Origin: Octopus vulgaris
Lineage: Eukaryota
Reading direction: 5' to 3'
DNA: 64,000 nucleotides
NCBI GenBank assembly: GCA_951406725.2
Contig: OX597822.1
Coordinates: forward strand, 99,262,001-99,326,000
Shown here in pieces: positions 1 to 13,270 of the stretch. Below the pieces are notes generated by a model. It worked only from the letters and a program-made list of their open reading frames with translations, was not told the origin of the DNA and searched no databases. Position 1 is the stretch's first letter; the number at the start of each line of letters is the position of its first letter. The translations under genes were made by a program, and so were the position numbers.

Positions 1-318
1 TCTTCAGCCGCATGCAATTGCTATACCAAAGACTTCCATCACATTATGAAAAAACCGGAAATGTACATTTGGTATTATCTATAATGGTGGGTATATTGAG
101 TTTCACTGAGAAACTCAATGTTGACTGACGATAGAGTATGGACGGATTTTTGCAGTCCAATGATACCCTACATACCTATTTGATTATGAAGATTTACAAA
201 CATACTTTCACAGTGATACTCAATATACCTACCATTATAAATAATACCAAATGTACATTTCCGGTTTTTTCATAATGCGATGGAAGTCTTTGGTATAGCA
301 ATTGCATGCGGCTGAAGA
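1..318. repeat. Long inverted repeat (foldback element, cut by window edge)
   Basis: 1-113 is the reverse complement of about 206-318 with only a few mismatches. Spacer about 90 nt. Confidence 0.9.
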
Positions 319-1129
319 GAGCTTTAAACCATCTGTTATGTCGATTATACATTGATGTAAGAATAGGTTGTTGTATAAAGCTTGAAACATGTGTACCACA
401 ACATCCTTTGTGTTCTGTTTTTATTTCATTTGATGCATATATATATATATATGTATAATGGTCAAATTTGCATTGTAACAACTAAGCTTCCTCTCAAATA
501 GAGTAACAGAATGAGATAATTTCTGATTTCCTGTTGAAGGATAATATGTCCTGCTTTAGGCTATAGTTTTTCAGGTAGGCAGAGCCAGCAGTTATGCAAT
601 CAACAGAAGTATGGAGGGGCCCTATTAACAATATTGTAGGTTATACTTAAACAGTCATGTGCCTGGTCATTGAGCTACCAAATGATACTAGACAGAGAGG
701 TGAAATTTAGCCCTTAGCGGTTTGCTAACTCTTTACAAAGCTCAACCCAAACCCAGACTACACTGAACCCATAGCTAGGGCTATGCTCCTGTTTCACACA
801 TCATCATCACCAGGTTGAGCTTGCACAATTTTGCATGTCTCTAATGCTCCGTGCATCTACATGTTCTATGTTATGTAACACTTGTCTTCAGTGAGATTCA
901 GTGTTATGATCTAACCAACTAATATTACTATTTCTTTATTGCCCACAAGGGGCTAAACGTAGAGGGGACAAACAAGGAGAGACAAAGGGATTAAGTCGAT
1001 TACATCGACCCCAGTGCGTGACTGGTACTTAATTTATCAACCCCGAAAGGATGAAAGGCAAAGTCGACCTCGGCGGAATTTGAACTCAGAACGTAGCGAC
1101 AGACCTAACCAACTAATATTATGTCTTCA

Positions 1130-1480
1130 TAGAGTGGGCAATGCAGTCTCAACTATGATGAGGTGTCCGACATTGGATGCCACTAACAAGCTCCTCCATA
1201 TATTTCTAACCATATCCTGCAAAAAAATAAACGTGTCTCTAATGGTGTCTGGTGCTTTGCAAAGCTTATCAGATAATCTTTCTTCCATAAGTTGTTCTTT
1301 CTTGGATATATTAAAAATGGCATAAAACAAGTGCTGTCCAGTATAGTTTCAAGTCCTTTGGTTAGTGCCCAGGTAAAAGAGCCATACAGCAATACAGATC
1401 CAAACACTAGGAGGAAGGAGTTCCTTTTAAGATCTCCCAAGATTTCAGATTTCCACATAAACATCCTAAGCTGTAGAAAA
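1130..1480 (-). mobile_element. Degenerate LINE ORF2 C-terminal relic (RTE/RTE-X-like)
   Basis: WKSEI...SVLLYGSFTWALTKGLETILD resembles the consensus WKS...SILLYGSETWTLTK..E..LDG. Frameshifted. Confidence 0.65.
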
Positions 1481-2823
1481 AAATTTCCTTCATCTAATTG
1501 ACAAAGATTTATTCACCAGAAAGGTCATTCATATTATGACTGACAAACCACAAAATTGTTCAATGCACATACTATTAAGATGATATATTCTTGTCTAGAC
1601 AATGCTATTTTCTACAACTGCATGAGAAAAAAAAACACAATTGCTTTGCTCACACCCAACAATCTACCTACATTTGCAGAAACTGAGCTACTTATCCTTT
1701 CCAAGATTGTAGGATATAGAGCTATACTCAAATCACTAGATGGTATCCAAAGGACTAATATATGGCTTACTGTAAACAATTTCATAGAGCAGTATAAGCA
1801 ATATCTGTATTTCTTTGGGTCTGAAAGATGGGAAATTCCACATCTCAATACTGTTTCAACTGGAAGCTCAAAACACCAGGGACACAACTGCCCAACTATG
1901 ATCTAACAATATTTTTGAGGGACCCTCCACTAATTGTATACCTTAAAGCAGCAGACTGTGATATTCCTCAGTCTGAAATCTGAATTGATCTCAAGGTGTT
2001 GCCTTATTGAAAACTATATCCTAGATCATCTTTAACCAGCTGACTTCGATAATAAAGCAGAAAACGACAGCACGGAATATAAGAACAAAAAAGTTACCTC
2101 CCCTGCTAATGAAAGTTGACCGAGGAAGAGTTGCCTCTCTTGTATATAACAACATTATGTAATGACTTCAGTAGCCAGATGCCCTTCCTGTTATCACTCC
2201 AACCTATTTCTTTACTGCCCACAAGGGGCTACACACAGAGTGGACAAACAAGGACAGACAAACGGATTAAGCCGATTATATCGACCCCAGTGCGTAACTG
2301 GTACTTATTTTATCGACCCCGAAAGGATGAAAGGCCAAGTTAACCTTGGCGGAATTTGAACTCACAACGTAACGGCAGACGAAATACTGCATAGTATTTC
2401 GCCCGGCCTGTAAACGATTCTGCCAGCTCGCTGCCTTCGTTGTCACTCCCACCATCTCTTTCCAAGCAAGAAAATATTTCTCCGTGTTTTCATGGAAGAT
2501 TGGAAAGAAAGAACTCTTCTTAAATGATGGTGATGTTCATTTATAACTATCACAGTATGTCGAGACAAGGACGTGCAAAAACACACACACATGTATGCAT
2601 GTATGCATGCACACATACAATCGGACTTTTTTGGTTGTTGTATACCAAATTTACTTTGCCTGACCTGGGGCTGTTGTAGAAGGCACACAGTAGGACTGGA
2701 TTTGAAACCACATGCTTGAGAAACAAACTTAACACAACCGTACCAGCAGCACAGACTCGTATACACATAACACATATACACAAATAAATAAACACATGCA
2801 TTCAAACAAACTCATATACTTAC

Positions 2824-2921
2824 TCTGCAAATTTCCTGAGTTCATCTGATATGTCAACTTCAAGATCATCCTGGTCAGCTTCGTGTGCCATTGCCTTGTA
2901 GAGCTTGCACGCCAACAAAGC
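2824..2921 (-). CDS. TRPM3: TRPM1/3-like channel exon (ALLACKLYKAMAHEADQDDLEVDISDELRKFA(E))
   Basis: 98 nt, phase 0/2, ttttttAG|GCT...GA|GTAAGT. Matches TRPM3 ALVACKLCKAMAHEA...DISQEL. The gene continues beyond the left edge of the window. Confidence 0.95.
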
Positions 2922-3305
2922 CTAAAAAATAAAACAGAGAGAAATAGCAAAATTTCGTTTTTGGATTTGGTTTGCAAGATTCTTTATTTGAGTTTGTGTG
3001 TTGAAGCATATTCTGTTGTGTCTGGGGAGAGTCATTTTCTTTTTCGTTGCATCTTGCAACCTTTTCAATAGTTTCAAAACTATTGGAAAGGTTGCAAGAC
3101 GCAACGAAAATTTTAGGAAAATAAAAATTAGAAAAAAAAGTGGAAATTTTACTGGTGAGTGTGTTATATTACACAACAGAAAATACCAAAATATTATACA
3201 TAATAACAGAAGAGTTTTACCATTTTGAAGAATTGTTGCTTTCCAAATTAGATTCTTTGTTTATCAAGACAGGCTTTAAGACATAACAACACCTGTATAC
3301 ATATA

Positions 3306-3510
3306 CGAGGGGTGCTGAAAAGTTCTTGTCTTTGGGTAAAAGATCAGTTAATTACGATTTTATTCAATATATTCTTCTCTCAGATTCATACACTTATTGC
3401 AGCAATCCTTCAGTTTTTCAAAGTCTTGTAAAAGAACTCAGAAGTTTGGGCCTCTAACCAGGCCTTTCACAATACCCTTAAAGCCAAGAACTTTCCAATG
3501 CTCTCTCATA
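3306..3510. mobile_element. Mariner-type MITE (copies at about 51073-51290 and 51350-51570)
   Basis: TA-flanked ends cgagggggtgctgaaaagttc / gaacttttcag..ccc..g. The same ~210-bp body occurs three times in the window. Confidence 0.75.
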
Positions 3511-4715
3511 TATACATACATACATATACAAATATATGTGTGTGTGTGTATAAGCACAGACACCCCACCACTCACACACACATATGTATGATAAGTTTCT
3601 TCCACTTTTCGTCTACTATTGACACACATGGCTTTGCTTGATCTTGGATATAGTAAAAGACACTAGCTCCAAGTGGCACACAGTGGACAACACGGTTGGG
3701 AAGCAACCTTCTTAATCACATAACCACATTGAACTACCAAAACCAAATAAATATTGTATATTTATTTTGTTTTATCTTTTTGTCAGGGCTAAATTTTTCT
3801 TATTAAAAGTTGGTAATGACAGAAAACAATGATGGACTTATTGCTTTTAAATCACGAAATATTCTGTCAATTATATGTTTTACTTTCATTTGGTAAATTT
3901 ACATGATGAGGATTGCTAAGTTATCAACGATTTCATATAGGAGTCAATGCTGTACGAATCTTGCCAACCCTTGGCTTTAGAACTATGTATAAAGATTAAT
4001 TAAGATATATTAAATGAACTGTTTAATTGTTATTATGGAGGTTTTAGTAATGACAATTTTGTTGAACAAGTTAATGCAGAAGTTATCTTTCTTGGATCTT
4101 GAAACATTTTTCAGTCTGAGTTCCCTCTCTCTTCATACACACACTTGTTTTTTTTATTTCTATCAGTTATTAGACTGTGGCCATACTAGGGCATCACCTT
4201 GAACTATAGTTGAGTGAATTGACCCTGGTACTTTTATTTTTGAGCCTTGTACTTATTCTACTGGTTTCATGGACTGCATTGGTCTCCAATGTCTGCTTTG
4301 GCATGGTTTCTACAGCTGGATGCCTTTTCTAATGCCAACTACTTTACAATCACTTCACTGGATGCCTTTTCGTTTTTTTTTTATGTCAGTAGCTCTAATG
4401 AGGTCACAATCAGCCTGCAGAACTATGAATCCCAAGAGAAACAGCTTTATGTTAGGAGATGAGAAGGGTCCAGAGTAGAACAGGGGCCACATTTTAGAAG
4501 AGAGGATAGAGGTGACTGGGGTGGGCCATCAAGATACAAGGTGAATGGTGGCGGTGGTAATGAAGAAGAACCAAAAGTGTAGGCGAGTAGATGTTTCAAG
4601 AATGTATGGAGAAGTGAGAGTTGAAGAATAGGTGAGATGGCGAGAATAATGGATGAAAAACAAGTGTTGGGTGGATGATAATTGGGAGAGGTAAAGAAGG
4701 CTCAATAATGTGTGC

Positions 4716-4755
<40 letters not shown>

Positions 4756-5061
4756 AGGATAAAGACACACTGGTCAGGAATGACCTAGAAAGTTCCCCTC
4801 CAAGGCACAAATCTGGGCAAATTTGTTTGTGGAAGACCAGCAACTGCCCATGCATACGAGTCTCTCTTCTCCATGCCACCAATGCTGGCCAAGGGAAAAG
4901 CAAAGGCTGATACAGCATGTCACCAGTGACGCCACAACTCATTTCTATAGCTGGGTGAACTGGAACAACATGAAATAAAGTGTCTTGTTCAAGAACACAA
5001 CACAGCCTGATCTGGGATTCGAACTCACAACCTCATGATTGTAAGCCCATTGCTCTCTCTC

Positions 5062-5117
<56 letters not shown>

Positions 5118-5253
5118 GAAAAATATCGTTATAGTTATAAATATACCATAAACAATTATAGAAAAATATATATTATATATATTATTACTCATCCATTTCC
5201 AAGTAAGTATATACATATATGTACATACATATATATGCATGTATGTATGCATG

Positions 5254-5303
<50 letters not shown>

Positions 5304-5619
5304 TATGTAAAGGTGTGGCTCAGTAATAATTACAGTTTGAAAGGTCAGCTGTAAAGGATACCATGATGTAATGTCTCAACACGTACATTTGCCATAACTA
5401 ATTATTGGTTCTGTCTGAGAGAACCAGCAAGAAATACTTCCATTCTATTTCAAAGGAGGAATTAAATGTAAGAAATTTGCTTTGCATCTACAGGGACTTC
5501 AGCTTCAATTCCATTGTGCTTCCTCTTGGGCAAATATCCTCCAATTAACTGATCCAAGACTAAGATGATTGCTAATATGGTGGTTAATTTAGCAGATAAC
5601 GATCACAGTAAGCACTTAC

Positions 5620-5790
5620 CTTAGCCATAGCTTCTTCTCCATGTTGCCACATGAATAAAGCCATTTTCTGTCGCTTCATCAAAACAGCCCATACCATTAA
5701 ATCATGAAAAGGATAGGAGAACAATTCTTCAACGGATTTAGTATTTACCAGAGTCGGGACAGATGTTACCACATTCCCTAGTGAAGCACC
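5620..5790 (-). CDS. TRPM3: TRPM1/3-like channel exon ([57 protein letters not shown])
   Basis: 171 nt, phase 0/0, long pyrimidine tract + ttctAG, donor AAG|GTAAGT. Near identical to TRPM3 [32 protein letters not shown]. Confidence 0.97.
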
Positions 5791-5855
5791 CTAGAAAAGA
5801 AAAAAAAAAAGATAAAAATTAAAAATCATTATACTTCACAATCATACATTTTTTT

Positions 5856-6271
5856 TAACCCTTTAGCATTCAGGTTACCCTGCCAAATTTAATGCTTATT
5901 TATTTACCTTATTTTGAACTGATCATGCATTATCTTACAGCTTTGATATTTTGATGGTGTAATTGTTTAGTCTTTGAATGGCCTTCTAAGGTAGGTTTGA
6001 GTAGAGAGATCTGGCCACTTTGCGGATCTGTGGAACAAGCTGCCAGACGAGATGGTGAAGATGCCGACGACCGCTTTGATCAAAGTCTCCCTTGACCTTA
6101 AGTGGCCTGAACTCTTTACATGAACACCACCCTGTACATAACTCCATGTCCCCCTACATGGCCTTGCTTTTTGCTTTTGAGCCAAAAAATTAATTAACTA
6201 ACTAACTAACTAACTAAAACAGGTAAAATTTATAGGCTTGATATGGCCAGTTTAAATGCTAAAGGGTTAAC
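5856..6271. mobile_element. TTAA-flanked piggyBac-like MITE (family also at about 14764-14970, 25838-26052, 41840-42064, 59324-59600)
   Basis: TTAA|CCCTTTAGCATT ... AATGCTAAAGGG|TTAA termini. CCC/GGG ends with a TTAA target are piggyBac-like. Confidence 0.7.
6020..6215 (+). mobile_element. CR1-type LINE 3' fragment (related copies 43685-43990 on -, 61430-61580 on +)
   Basis: ADLWNKLPDEMVKMPT...KVSLDLKWPELF resembles the CR1 ORF2 terminus WNxLP...FK..LD. The copies share a 3' UTR and a short tandem tail. This copy is nested in a TTAA MITE. Confidence 0.75.
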
Positions 6272-6849
6272 CCATTTGATATTAACCTACCCAAGATTCA
6301 CCCCGGTTCTACAGTACAAATTCACTATTTTTAACTGATCTAAATTAAAACCTGATCAAAATATCATGTTAATTTATATTCTAAACACTAACTCAGTAAC
6401 GACAAAGGTATTTTATTAAATTCTTCATTATTTTCAAAATAAATTGAAACAAAAGTCAGTGTGTTTCAAAAGAAATACGGTAACAAAGAGGTTAAAGTGA
6501 TCTAAATGAAAAGCTTCCATTGAAATTTTAAGTTCATTTATGTTCCAAACTTCAGTTTAATCAAAGCTTTTATCATATTCAAAATTAACTGAAACAAAAC
6601 ATTCGTATTTCAATGAAAATCGTATTTCAATGAAAAAAAGTGTTGAGTGTGTTGAAATAGTGAAATTCAAGATAAAATGGTGACATTGGAGGATTCTTGA
6701 AGAAGTGTAAAGTGTTAAGTGAAAACGCAACTGAAACAGTTTGACTACTTATTTAAGTAGTCAATCAGTGCAGGTGGAGCAATCAAAAGAAGTGGTAAAA
6801 GATAAGATCCGATTCTGTATAATAACTGAAGTTTTGTTTATAGTTTACA

Positions 6850-7103
6850 CCATTAATAAAATTGCTAGTACAATATTAATCTCTAGTATAATATTAATTA
6901 ACATTACCAGTACAGCATGTAAATTGGTAGTATGTTAATATTATTTGCATGCACAATAATTAAAATTGCTAGTACAGCATTAATTGGCAGTAGAGCATTT
7001 TATGAAAATTGCTTGGACAACATTAATTAATAGTATGGTATTAATTAAAATTGCTAGCAGATTATTACCTAAAATTACTAGAATAGCATTAATTGCTAGT
7101 ACA
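6850..7103. repeat. Degenerate ~24-bp minisatellite (aaaattgctagtacagcattaatt), resuming after the Helitron to about 7575
   Basis: Recurrent aaattgctagtac...attaatt units. Confidence 0.75.
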
Positions 7104-7496
7104 TCTTTATATATAAAAGAGAGGTTGTGTGCTGTCTGTCTCCTTCGATTTAGATTCCTAACTACTCCCACATTTTGCGGTGCAGTTTAACCAAACTATC
7201 TTATAGTCGTGATTCATATCGAGCCCTTCTGGGTATTAGTGCGCATCTACGATGAGTCTACGATTTTAAAAAGAATTTACCATCAATTTTTCCCATTTTT
7301 AATGCATTTTTGGCATATATAAGGGAAGTAACTCTCTAAAAATTTATTATTAAATCTCAGAACGTAAAAAGCTACAGTAACAGCCCCCCCCTTTGTGGTT
7401 AGCCATATTGAGATGGCTATTATACTTTACATCTCTAAAAATGCTTATATAGTTATTTCCCTTACAAACCCGAGCAACACCGGGCGATACTGCTAG
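7104..7496 (+). mobile_element. Non-autonomous Helitron
   Basis: Inserted between A and T. Starts TCtttatatataaaa, has a subterminal hairpin cccgagcaacaccggg and ends CTAG. No TSD. Confidence 0.8.
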
Positions 7497-8029
7497 TTAT
7501 ATATAAAAATTGATAGTACAGAACTAATAAAAGTTGCTAGTACAAACATTACCAAAGGAGATTGTACCAAAATATTGCCTATCAGTTGAGTCAAAAAATT
7601 ATCTAAAACAAAAGACATTCTACACAACCAGAATGTTCTACGAGTAGGATTTAGAGAAATGTCCCAGGATTAGAAATGATTAAGATATAATAGAAATATA
7701 TTCTAGAAATGAGACACGAAAGAGGTGAAGCAAAACTATGAGGTTCAAGATGAAGAGTATGTAACTTCAGAGTAACTAAAGACAAATGTTTCTGATTTAG
7801 GCACAGGGTCGACGGTTTTGAGGGGAGGGACTGACTTAATACCGCTGACACAAGTATTTGACTGGTTCTTTAATTTTACTGAATCTGGAGGGGTGACAAG
7901 CAAAGTTGGCTCCAGCTGGAGTCGAAGTCACAATGTAAAGAGTCAGAACAAATACTGCCTGTTCCATTACTTGACATACATTGTGAGATATGTAACTTCA
8001 ATAATAATAATAATACTAATAATAATAAT

Positions 8030-8640
8030 TCTTTCTACTATAGGCACAAGGCTTGAAATTTTGGGGGAGGTGAACAGTTGATTATATCAAGTTCAGTGTT
8101 TCACTGGTACTTAATTTATTGACCCTGAAAGGATGAAAGGCAAAGTCAACCTTGGTGGAATTTGAACTCAGAACATAGTAGCAGACGAAATACCGCTAAG
8201 CATTTTGCCTGGCGTGCTAATGATTCTTATTTCTTTACTGCCCACAAGGGGCTAAACATAGAGGGGACAAACAAGGACAGACAAAGGGATAAAGTCGATT
8301 ACATTGCCCCCAGTGCGTAACTAGTACTTAATTTATCGACCCCAAAAGGATGAAAGGTAAGGTGGACCTCGGCGGAATTTGAACTCAGAACGTAGCGGCA
8401 GACGAAATACCGCTAAGCATTTCACCCGGCATGCTAACGTGTCTGCCAGCTCTGCTAGCTCGCCACCTTAATAATGATTATAAAAATAATAATAATAATG
8501 ATAATCCTTTCCAATATAGGCACAAGGCCTTAAATTTTAGGGGACGGGGATAGTCGATTACATTGACACCAGTCCTCAACTGGTACTTATTTTATTGACT
8601 TTGAAAGATTGCAAGGAATTTGAACTCAGAACATGCAGAT
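8030..8640 (-). mobile_element. Cluster of tRNA-derived SINE family B copies (CORE-SINE-like; also at about 930, 2205, 7800, 24655, 38050, 38350, 38948, 39567, 42850, 44398, 48450)
   Basis: Minus strand ggcgagctggcagaatcgttagc...gagttcaaattcc (A/B boxes), then gcctttcatcctttcggggtcgataaattaagtaccag. Repeated many times. Confidence 0.88.
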
Positions 8641-9318
8641 GGGTTTATAGTTGGAGGCACTTGCCCAAGATGCCACACATGTGGTTGGGAATCGAACTTT
8701 TTGGCTATATGTAACACACTATAAAGAAATTTGGTTTTCCCTAGAGAACCAATAACATAGTATGGATATGAATAATGGAATCTGCTTGAGTGTGGCGGTG
8801 GTGGTGGTGGCAGAGCAGGAAAAATTAATTATTTTAGGAAATGATTCCACAAAGAGTTAAGAAAGAAAAAATATTTTAATGAGGAAAAAATTAATAAATG
8901 AGAAATTACATTTTTTTTAAAAAAAAAAGAATTCTTCAGCTTAGAAGTAAAAATAAAATGGAAAAGTTATTGAAGTTTGGAAACATGCAGTGCTACAGAG
9001 AAAAGAACCTAAGAATGCATCAAGTATGAGATCATGACACAACTGTCATGTTATATTGAAGCAGAGTGAAAAATATTTTAAAATATTTATTCCATAAGAA
9101 GGAGACTACTAAATATTGCAAAAGTAGAAAAAGAGGAAGAAAAAGTAAAGCCGATGATAATATTTCGACAATTATACAATCTTGGCATTTCAATCCCTTG
9201 TCTGTTTGTTTGTGTGTGTGTGTGTGTGTGTAATGAAACCATTCAAGACACACTTCAATTCCTGTTTTATAAAACACCTTGAAGAGCAAAAGTGAACATT
9301 GATGTATGTGTCGATGCG

Positions 9319-9776
9319 TATGTCGATAGCCAGCTGGAGGAGGTGTCTTCCTGGGGCTACAAACTACAGTAGCATCCACCCTTAGGGGTTAGCCATATTC
9401 AAATGGCAAATATACGTCATGATGTGTTGCTGCTACTGTTTATAACTCGCTCTGAGATTTATCATTGTTTGATTTCACTTTTTCAATATCAGTGTCAATC
9501 GATACTGGAAAAAGTATATGTATTTGTGAAGGGAACCAACTTCTCATCGACAACTATGATTGTCACACGCCGATGATAGGTCAATACCTTGAAACTCGAG
9601 TCTGTGTGTATCATAAGTTGAAGACGGGAAGGATGACTTCCCTTCACAAATACTGATAGGGCACAGAAAGTGTGTCTATAGCCAGCTGGAGGAGGTGTCT
9701 TCCTGGGGCTACAAACTACAGTAGCATCCACCCTTAGGGGTTAGCCATATTCAAATGGCAAATATACGTCACGATA
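9319..9776 (+). repeat. ~100-bp direct repeats with 352-nt period enclosing a hammerhead-like hairpin (retrozyme/Penelope-like)
   Basis: atagccagctggaggagg...atatacgtca is identical at 9327-9420 and 9679-9772. Internal 16-bp inverted repeat 9520-9535 / 9638-9653. Confidence 0.85.
9564..9608 (+). ncRNA. Minimal type I hammerhead-ribozyme-like motif (core variant CCGAUGA)
   Basis: cacacg-CCGATGA-tagg(tcaata)cctt-GAAAC-TCGA-GTC^-tgtgtg: stem I, short stem II, palindromic loop III and a GUC cleavage triplet. Confidence 0.6.
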
Positions 9777-10479
9777 TATATATATATATATATATATACA
9801 AAGGCGCAAGAGTGGCTGTGTGGTAAGAAGCTTGCTTCCCAACCACATGATTCCAGTTTTAGTCCCACTGCATGGCGTCTTGGGCACTTGCTATCTACTA
9901 TAGCCTTGGGCCGACCAAAGCATTTTGAGTAGATTTGGTAGACAGAAACTGACAGAAGCTTGTCGTATGAAATTGTGAGTGTGTGTGTGTGTATGTGTGC
10001 CTGTTTGTCGCCTGACATTGCTTGACAACTAATGTTGGTGTGTTTACATCCCCATAACTTAGTGGTTTGGCAAAAAAGACCCACAAAATAAGTGCTAGGC
10101 TTACAAAGAATAAATCTTGGGGTCAATTTGTTTGACTAAAGGTAGTGCTCCAGCATGGCCACAGTCAAATGATTAAAACAAGTAAAAGAATAAGAGAATA
10201 TATATATAATACATATATATATATATGTACACACAAACGCACATGTAAGGGCATGTGGCCTGGTGGTTAGTATGCTACAATCACAATCTAGCGATTATGT
10301 CTTCAATTCCTGGACCAAGCAGTGTATTGCGCTCTTGTGCAAAATACTTTGTTTCAGACTGTTCCAGTACACTAAACTGTAAATGGGTAACCCTGTGATG
10401 GAATAGCCTTCTAAATATGCATATATATATACATATATACACATGCATACGTATGTATACAGATATATATATATTCATT

Positions 10480-11515
10480 AAAATAAAAGATTTATCGGAC
10501 TTTCAAAGAGGTCAACTTGTTGGTGCTCAGCCGAAATGTTCAGTGTATCAAGAAGTACTGTCTCAAAAGTAATGAAAGCCTTTGAGAAAGAGAAAATCTC
10601 CTCATCAAAACAAAACTCTGGAAGAAAACCAAGGCTTTCAGATAGGGACTGTCGGACTCTTATGTGTATTGTTAGGAAGGATCACAAAAGTACAGCTCCC
10701 AAAATTACTGCAGAGCCTAATGATCACCTCAAGAACCCAGTTTCCATAAAAACTGTTTGCTGGGAGCTGCACAAAGCCGGATTTCATGGGAGAGCTGCAA
10801 TCAGAAAACCACTACTTTCAAAAACAAATGTTGCAAAGCGCTTAGAGTTGAGTAAAAACCTACAGAATTGGTTCCCAGAGCAGTGGAAGGATTTATTTTC
10901 TCGGACAAGTCATCCTTTACCTTATTTCCAGTCATCGGGCGAGTATACGTGTGGGTGGAGATAGCCAAAAGAAGCATTTGACCCAGACTGCCTTCTTCCA
11001 ACTGTTAAACATGGAGGAGGATCTGTGATGATCGGGGGGGGGGGGGGGGGCTATATCTTGGAAATCCTCCAGCCCAATGGTTTTCCTTCATGGCAGAATT
11101 AATAGTCAATACTATTTGAACATTTTATCTGATCAAATTCATCATATGGTTGCGGAACTATTTCCAGAGGGGAACACAATCTTTCAGGAAGATAATGTAC
11201 TAATTCATACAGCTAAAGTTGTTACTGAATGGCACGAGGAACATTCTAGTGAAGTTGGGCATCCCCAGATCTCAATATTATTGAACATTTGTGGAGCATT
11301 TTATAAAAACAAGTAAGGAGTCAATATCCTCCACCATCATCATTACAAGAATTGGAGACTGTTTTAGCTGAAGAATGGACAAAAATTCCTTTGGAAACAA
11401 TTCAAACTTTGTACGAGTCTTTGTACAAGCTGCAATTACTGTCAAAGGCGGTCCTGCCCCATATTAAAATATATTTGTTTGAAATTTTAAGGTGTTTCCA
11501 TTATTTTGTCCAACC

Positions 11516-11519
<4 letters not shown>
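10480..11519 (+). mobile_element. Tc1-family transposon relic (broken DDE transposase)
   Basis: Fragments VSRSTVSKV...SGRKPRLSDRD, FHGRAAIRKPLLS, TVKHGGGSVM, FQEDN...HTAK. Right end ...tttccattattttgtccaacccctg. Frameshifted, and the left TIR was not seen. Confidence 0.9.
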
Positions 11520-11571
<52 letters not shown>

Positions 11572-12299
11572 CATACAGATATATATGTATATATATACAC
11601 ACACAGATTTACATAGATACACATACATATACACACACAAGATAGGTAATAAATGTTAGTTTAAGCATGGTTTAAATAGTCACCATGTAATCCTGAAAGA
11701 TATCCTTTATGGAGAGAGAGAACATGTATGGTTAATATCAAGCCTACAGAGTCAAATATCACACCCAGAATGATGGTGATAAGTAACAGAAGTGAATGTA
11801 AAGAGACTTCTTCAGAGGAATTTTAATGCCAAGTTCAGTAGTTTTAAGTGTGGAATAAGAAGAACAAAGCATGTTTATCAAACGGGTAGTTTTTTTCTTC
11901 TTTTTTTTTTTTTTTATCTTAGTTTCCTGCTTATCTGTGATAAAAATTTACACAGAAGGCTCATTTTGAGAAATTGAAGAAACCATAATCCCTATCAATT
12001 AGTCTCAATATCTTTAAGCAATAGATTTTAACTCAATCCTTCATTCCCCAATAATGTCACTTCCCTCACTGCCCTCTCTTTTGTGGCTGTTAATTATAAC
12101 AATTACAAAAAGAACCTCAACTATGGATATCTTATTGGTCAATGGTAGCCTCCAATGGCCATGGTGCAACTCCTTCCTCCAGACCAAATTAAAAAATTCT
12201 TAAACGGGAACAGACATCCATACAGATAAAGTGGAGAATTCTTTTTAAAAAGGCAAGAAATAATTTTGGTTTAACAACAGTTAAAATTTTTTAAATATC

Positions 12300-13221
12300 A
12301 GAAAAATACCTACTAATAGAAGCAGAATGGTAAAATGGAACTGGAACAATGCCTTTGTCAGATTGCACCATTGCAATTTGTATTGAAGGATCTTACATGC
12401 AATTAATTCTGGAGAGCATCAGGGTTCAGTTTTGTCTTGCACATTCTTCCCTCTATACATAAACCACCTTCTTGCCATCACAACCACTCCTATTCAGATG
12501 TAACACCCTTCAATCTCCCTGGTCGTATGTATCCCAGCACTATCAACACAGGGTCTAGTGGTTTTCAACTTGGACCCATATGATCTTTCAGGTTTCATAT
12601 AAGTTTTTTTGCTGTTAGAATTTATGTACCAAAAATTTCTTACACTTCTACAATTTGCAAAATATTTAAATTTTTTTTATACAATTCCTTATAATATTTA
12701 ATTATAAAAAATACAGTAGGATTTATTTTTATATGCATCAAACGACTGTAGAGGTCCAGTAGAGTAAAACAGGAATCAAAAGGGGTCCCTAAGAAAAAAA
12801 ACAAAAAAAACGTTGAGGACTAGTGGATAACACTTCATGCCAAACCTTCACTGATTCCAGAAATAAGGACTTTGACAAACATCATCCCACAGAGCTCCTT
12901 CAACAGCAATCACTATACAGGTTGTTGCCAACTTATGACCTATCCGACTCACAACCGATCGACTTTACAACCAATTGGCATGCCAGCTCCTGGTGGCAAT
13001 AATAAATAGTCCAGTTGAAATCAAATGGGTTTAATGTCTTAGAAATTAACCCATCTATGGATGATGTCAGCAAACAAATGCTTCCCCTAGGTTTGGTTAT
13101 CGATCGCCACTGTGGTTATCCCAAGTGTTGGATGAATATCCTGTCATGGAGACAACCTCATATTTGTTTATAAAACAACTGCTTAAAACTCTGAAATCTT
13201 TTACTAATGCCAGCATAATAG

Positions 13222-13270
<49 letters not shown>

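Noticed and set aside
1556-1906. 116-aa ORF as the next TRPM exon or a separate gene
   Set aside because: Wrong strand for TRPM, no recognisable motif, and adjacent to decayed LINE sequence.
6850-7103. CRISPR-like array (also considered for 21230-21385 and the RTE UTR modules)
   Set aside because: Degenerate tandem units with no unique spacers, no cas genes, and a eukaryotic intron context.
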